Shown piece after piece: positions 63,450 to 64,000 of a DNA stretch of 64,000 nt; within the stretch, counting starts at the first letter, position 1; every line of letters starts with the position of its first letter. The translations under genes were made by a program, and so were the position numbers. The stretch is from Actinomycetales bacterium (lineage in GTDB: Bacteria; Actinomycetota; Actinomycetes; Actinomycetales; CAVURS01): NCBI GenBank assembly GCA_045807245.1, contig JBJMHS010000027.1, positions 62,001 to 126,000 of the forward strand. Direction: 5' to 3'. The notes beneath the pieces are model-generated. The model had not been told where the DNA came from and did no database searches. It worked only from the letters and a program-made list of their open reading frames with translations.

Positions 63450-64000
63450 GTGATCGAGCAGAGGGCCCCGGCACGGGTGATGGTGGCCGTCCAGCAACGG
63501 ATGCTCGCCGAGGTGGTGGCCCACCGCCTGGCGAGTGAGGACGACGTCGACGTCGTGGACACGGTGTGGGACGCCGACCGGGTCGTCCATTCGGTGGGTC
63601 GGCTGCACCCCGACGTCGTACTCCTGGACCTGAGGCTCGTCGACGGCGAGGTCTCGACCTTCTGCCGGGAGATCCACCGGGCCGATCCCCGGGCGCGACT
63701 GGCGATCCTCACCGGCGCCGCCGGGGACCGGCAGGTCATGGAGGCGGTCGAGTCCGGCTGCTCGTCGTTCGCCACCCTGGACAAGTCGGACGAGGAGCTG
63801 GTGAGCGCCGTCCGCGCTGCGTCGACCGGTGAGGCGCACCTGCACCCCGAGCTGGTGGCCGGACTGGTGCAGCGGCTCGACCGCACCCAGCGGCACGCTT
63901 CGGACGACCTGACCACGCGTGAGCTCGAGGTGCTCAACCTGCTCGCATCCGGGCTCGGCAACGCGGCTCTGGCCGACAAGCTCGGCGTCAGCATCAACAC
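63450..64000 (+). CDS. NarL/LuxR-type response regulator (runs off the window end)
   Basis: Read by hand: ..HPDVVLLD..AILT..LTTRELEVLNLLASGLGNAALADKLGVSIN. Start GTG 63450 or ATG 63426. Absent from the ORF track because there is no stop. Confidence 0.88.
   Translation, partial: MIEQRAPARVMVAVQQRMLAEVVAHRLASEDDVDVVDTVWDADRVVHSVGRLHPDVVLLDLRLVDGEVSTFCREIHRADPRARLAILTGAAGDRQVMEAVESGCSSFATLDKSDEELVSAVRAASTGEAHLHPELVAGLVQRLDRTQRHASDDLTTRELEVLNLLASGLGNAALADKLGVSIN

Overview
High-GC Actinomycetota chromosome segment centred on the replication origin. Left of oriC is the conserved block: NUDIX (partial), DUF6049, murJ, pseudokinase, sigM/anti-sigma, trxB, trxA, cwlM, then on the - strand two GNATs, parB, parA, rsmG, jag, yidC, yidD, rnpA and rpmH. 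The origin block is dnaA-oriC-dnaN-gnd-recF-DUF721-gyrB-gyrA-DUF3566-tRNA-Ile. gyrA carries a 420-aa LAGLIDADG intein directly after the catalytic Tyr. Accessory genes lie between tRNA-Ile and the DLW-39/tRNA-Ala pair. Immediately after tRNA-Ala is a visibly lower-GC defence islet: a PUA/EVE-like + DUF3883 nuclease converging on vsr and an M.AluI-like C5 methyltransferase, whose predicted promoter holds three AGCT sites. Transporters and regulators follow, then ppiA, rhomboid, GH3, crgA, DUF881, sortase E, pabA, the fhaA-fhaB-pstP-rodA-pbpA-pknB operon, tRNA-Leu and a few regulators. No CRISPR array, integrase or transposase was seen. All family calls come from motif recognition and synteny, not database searches. 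Several starts were re-assigned by eye from the ORF track.
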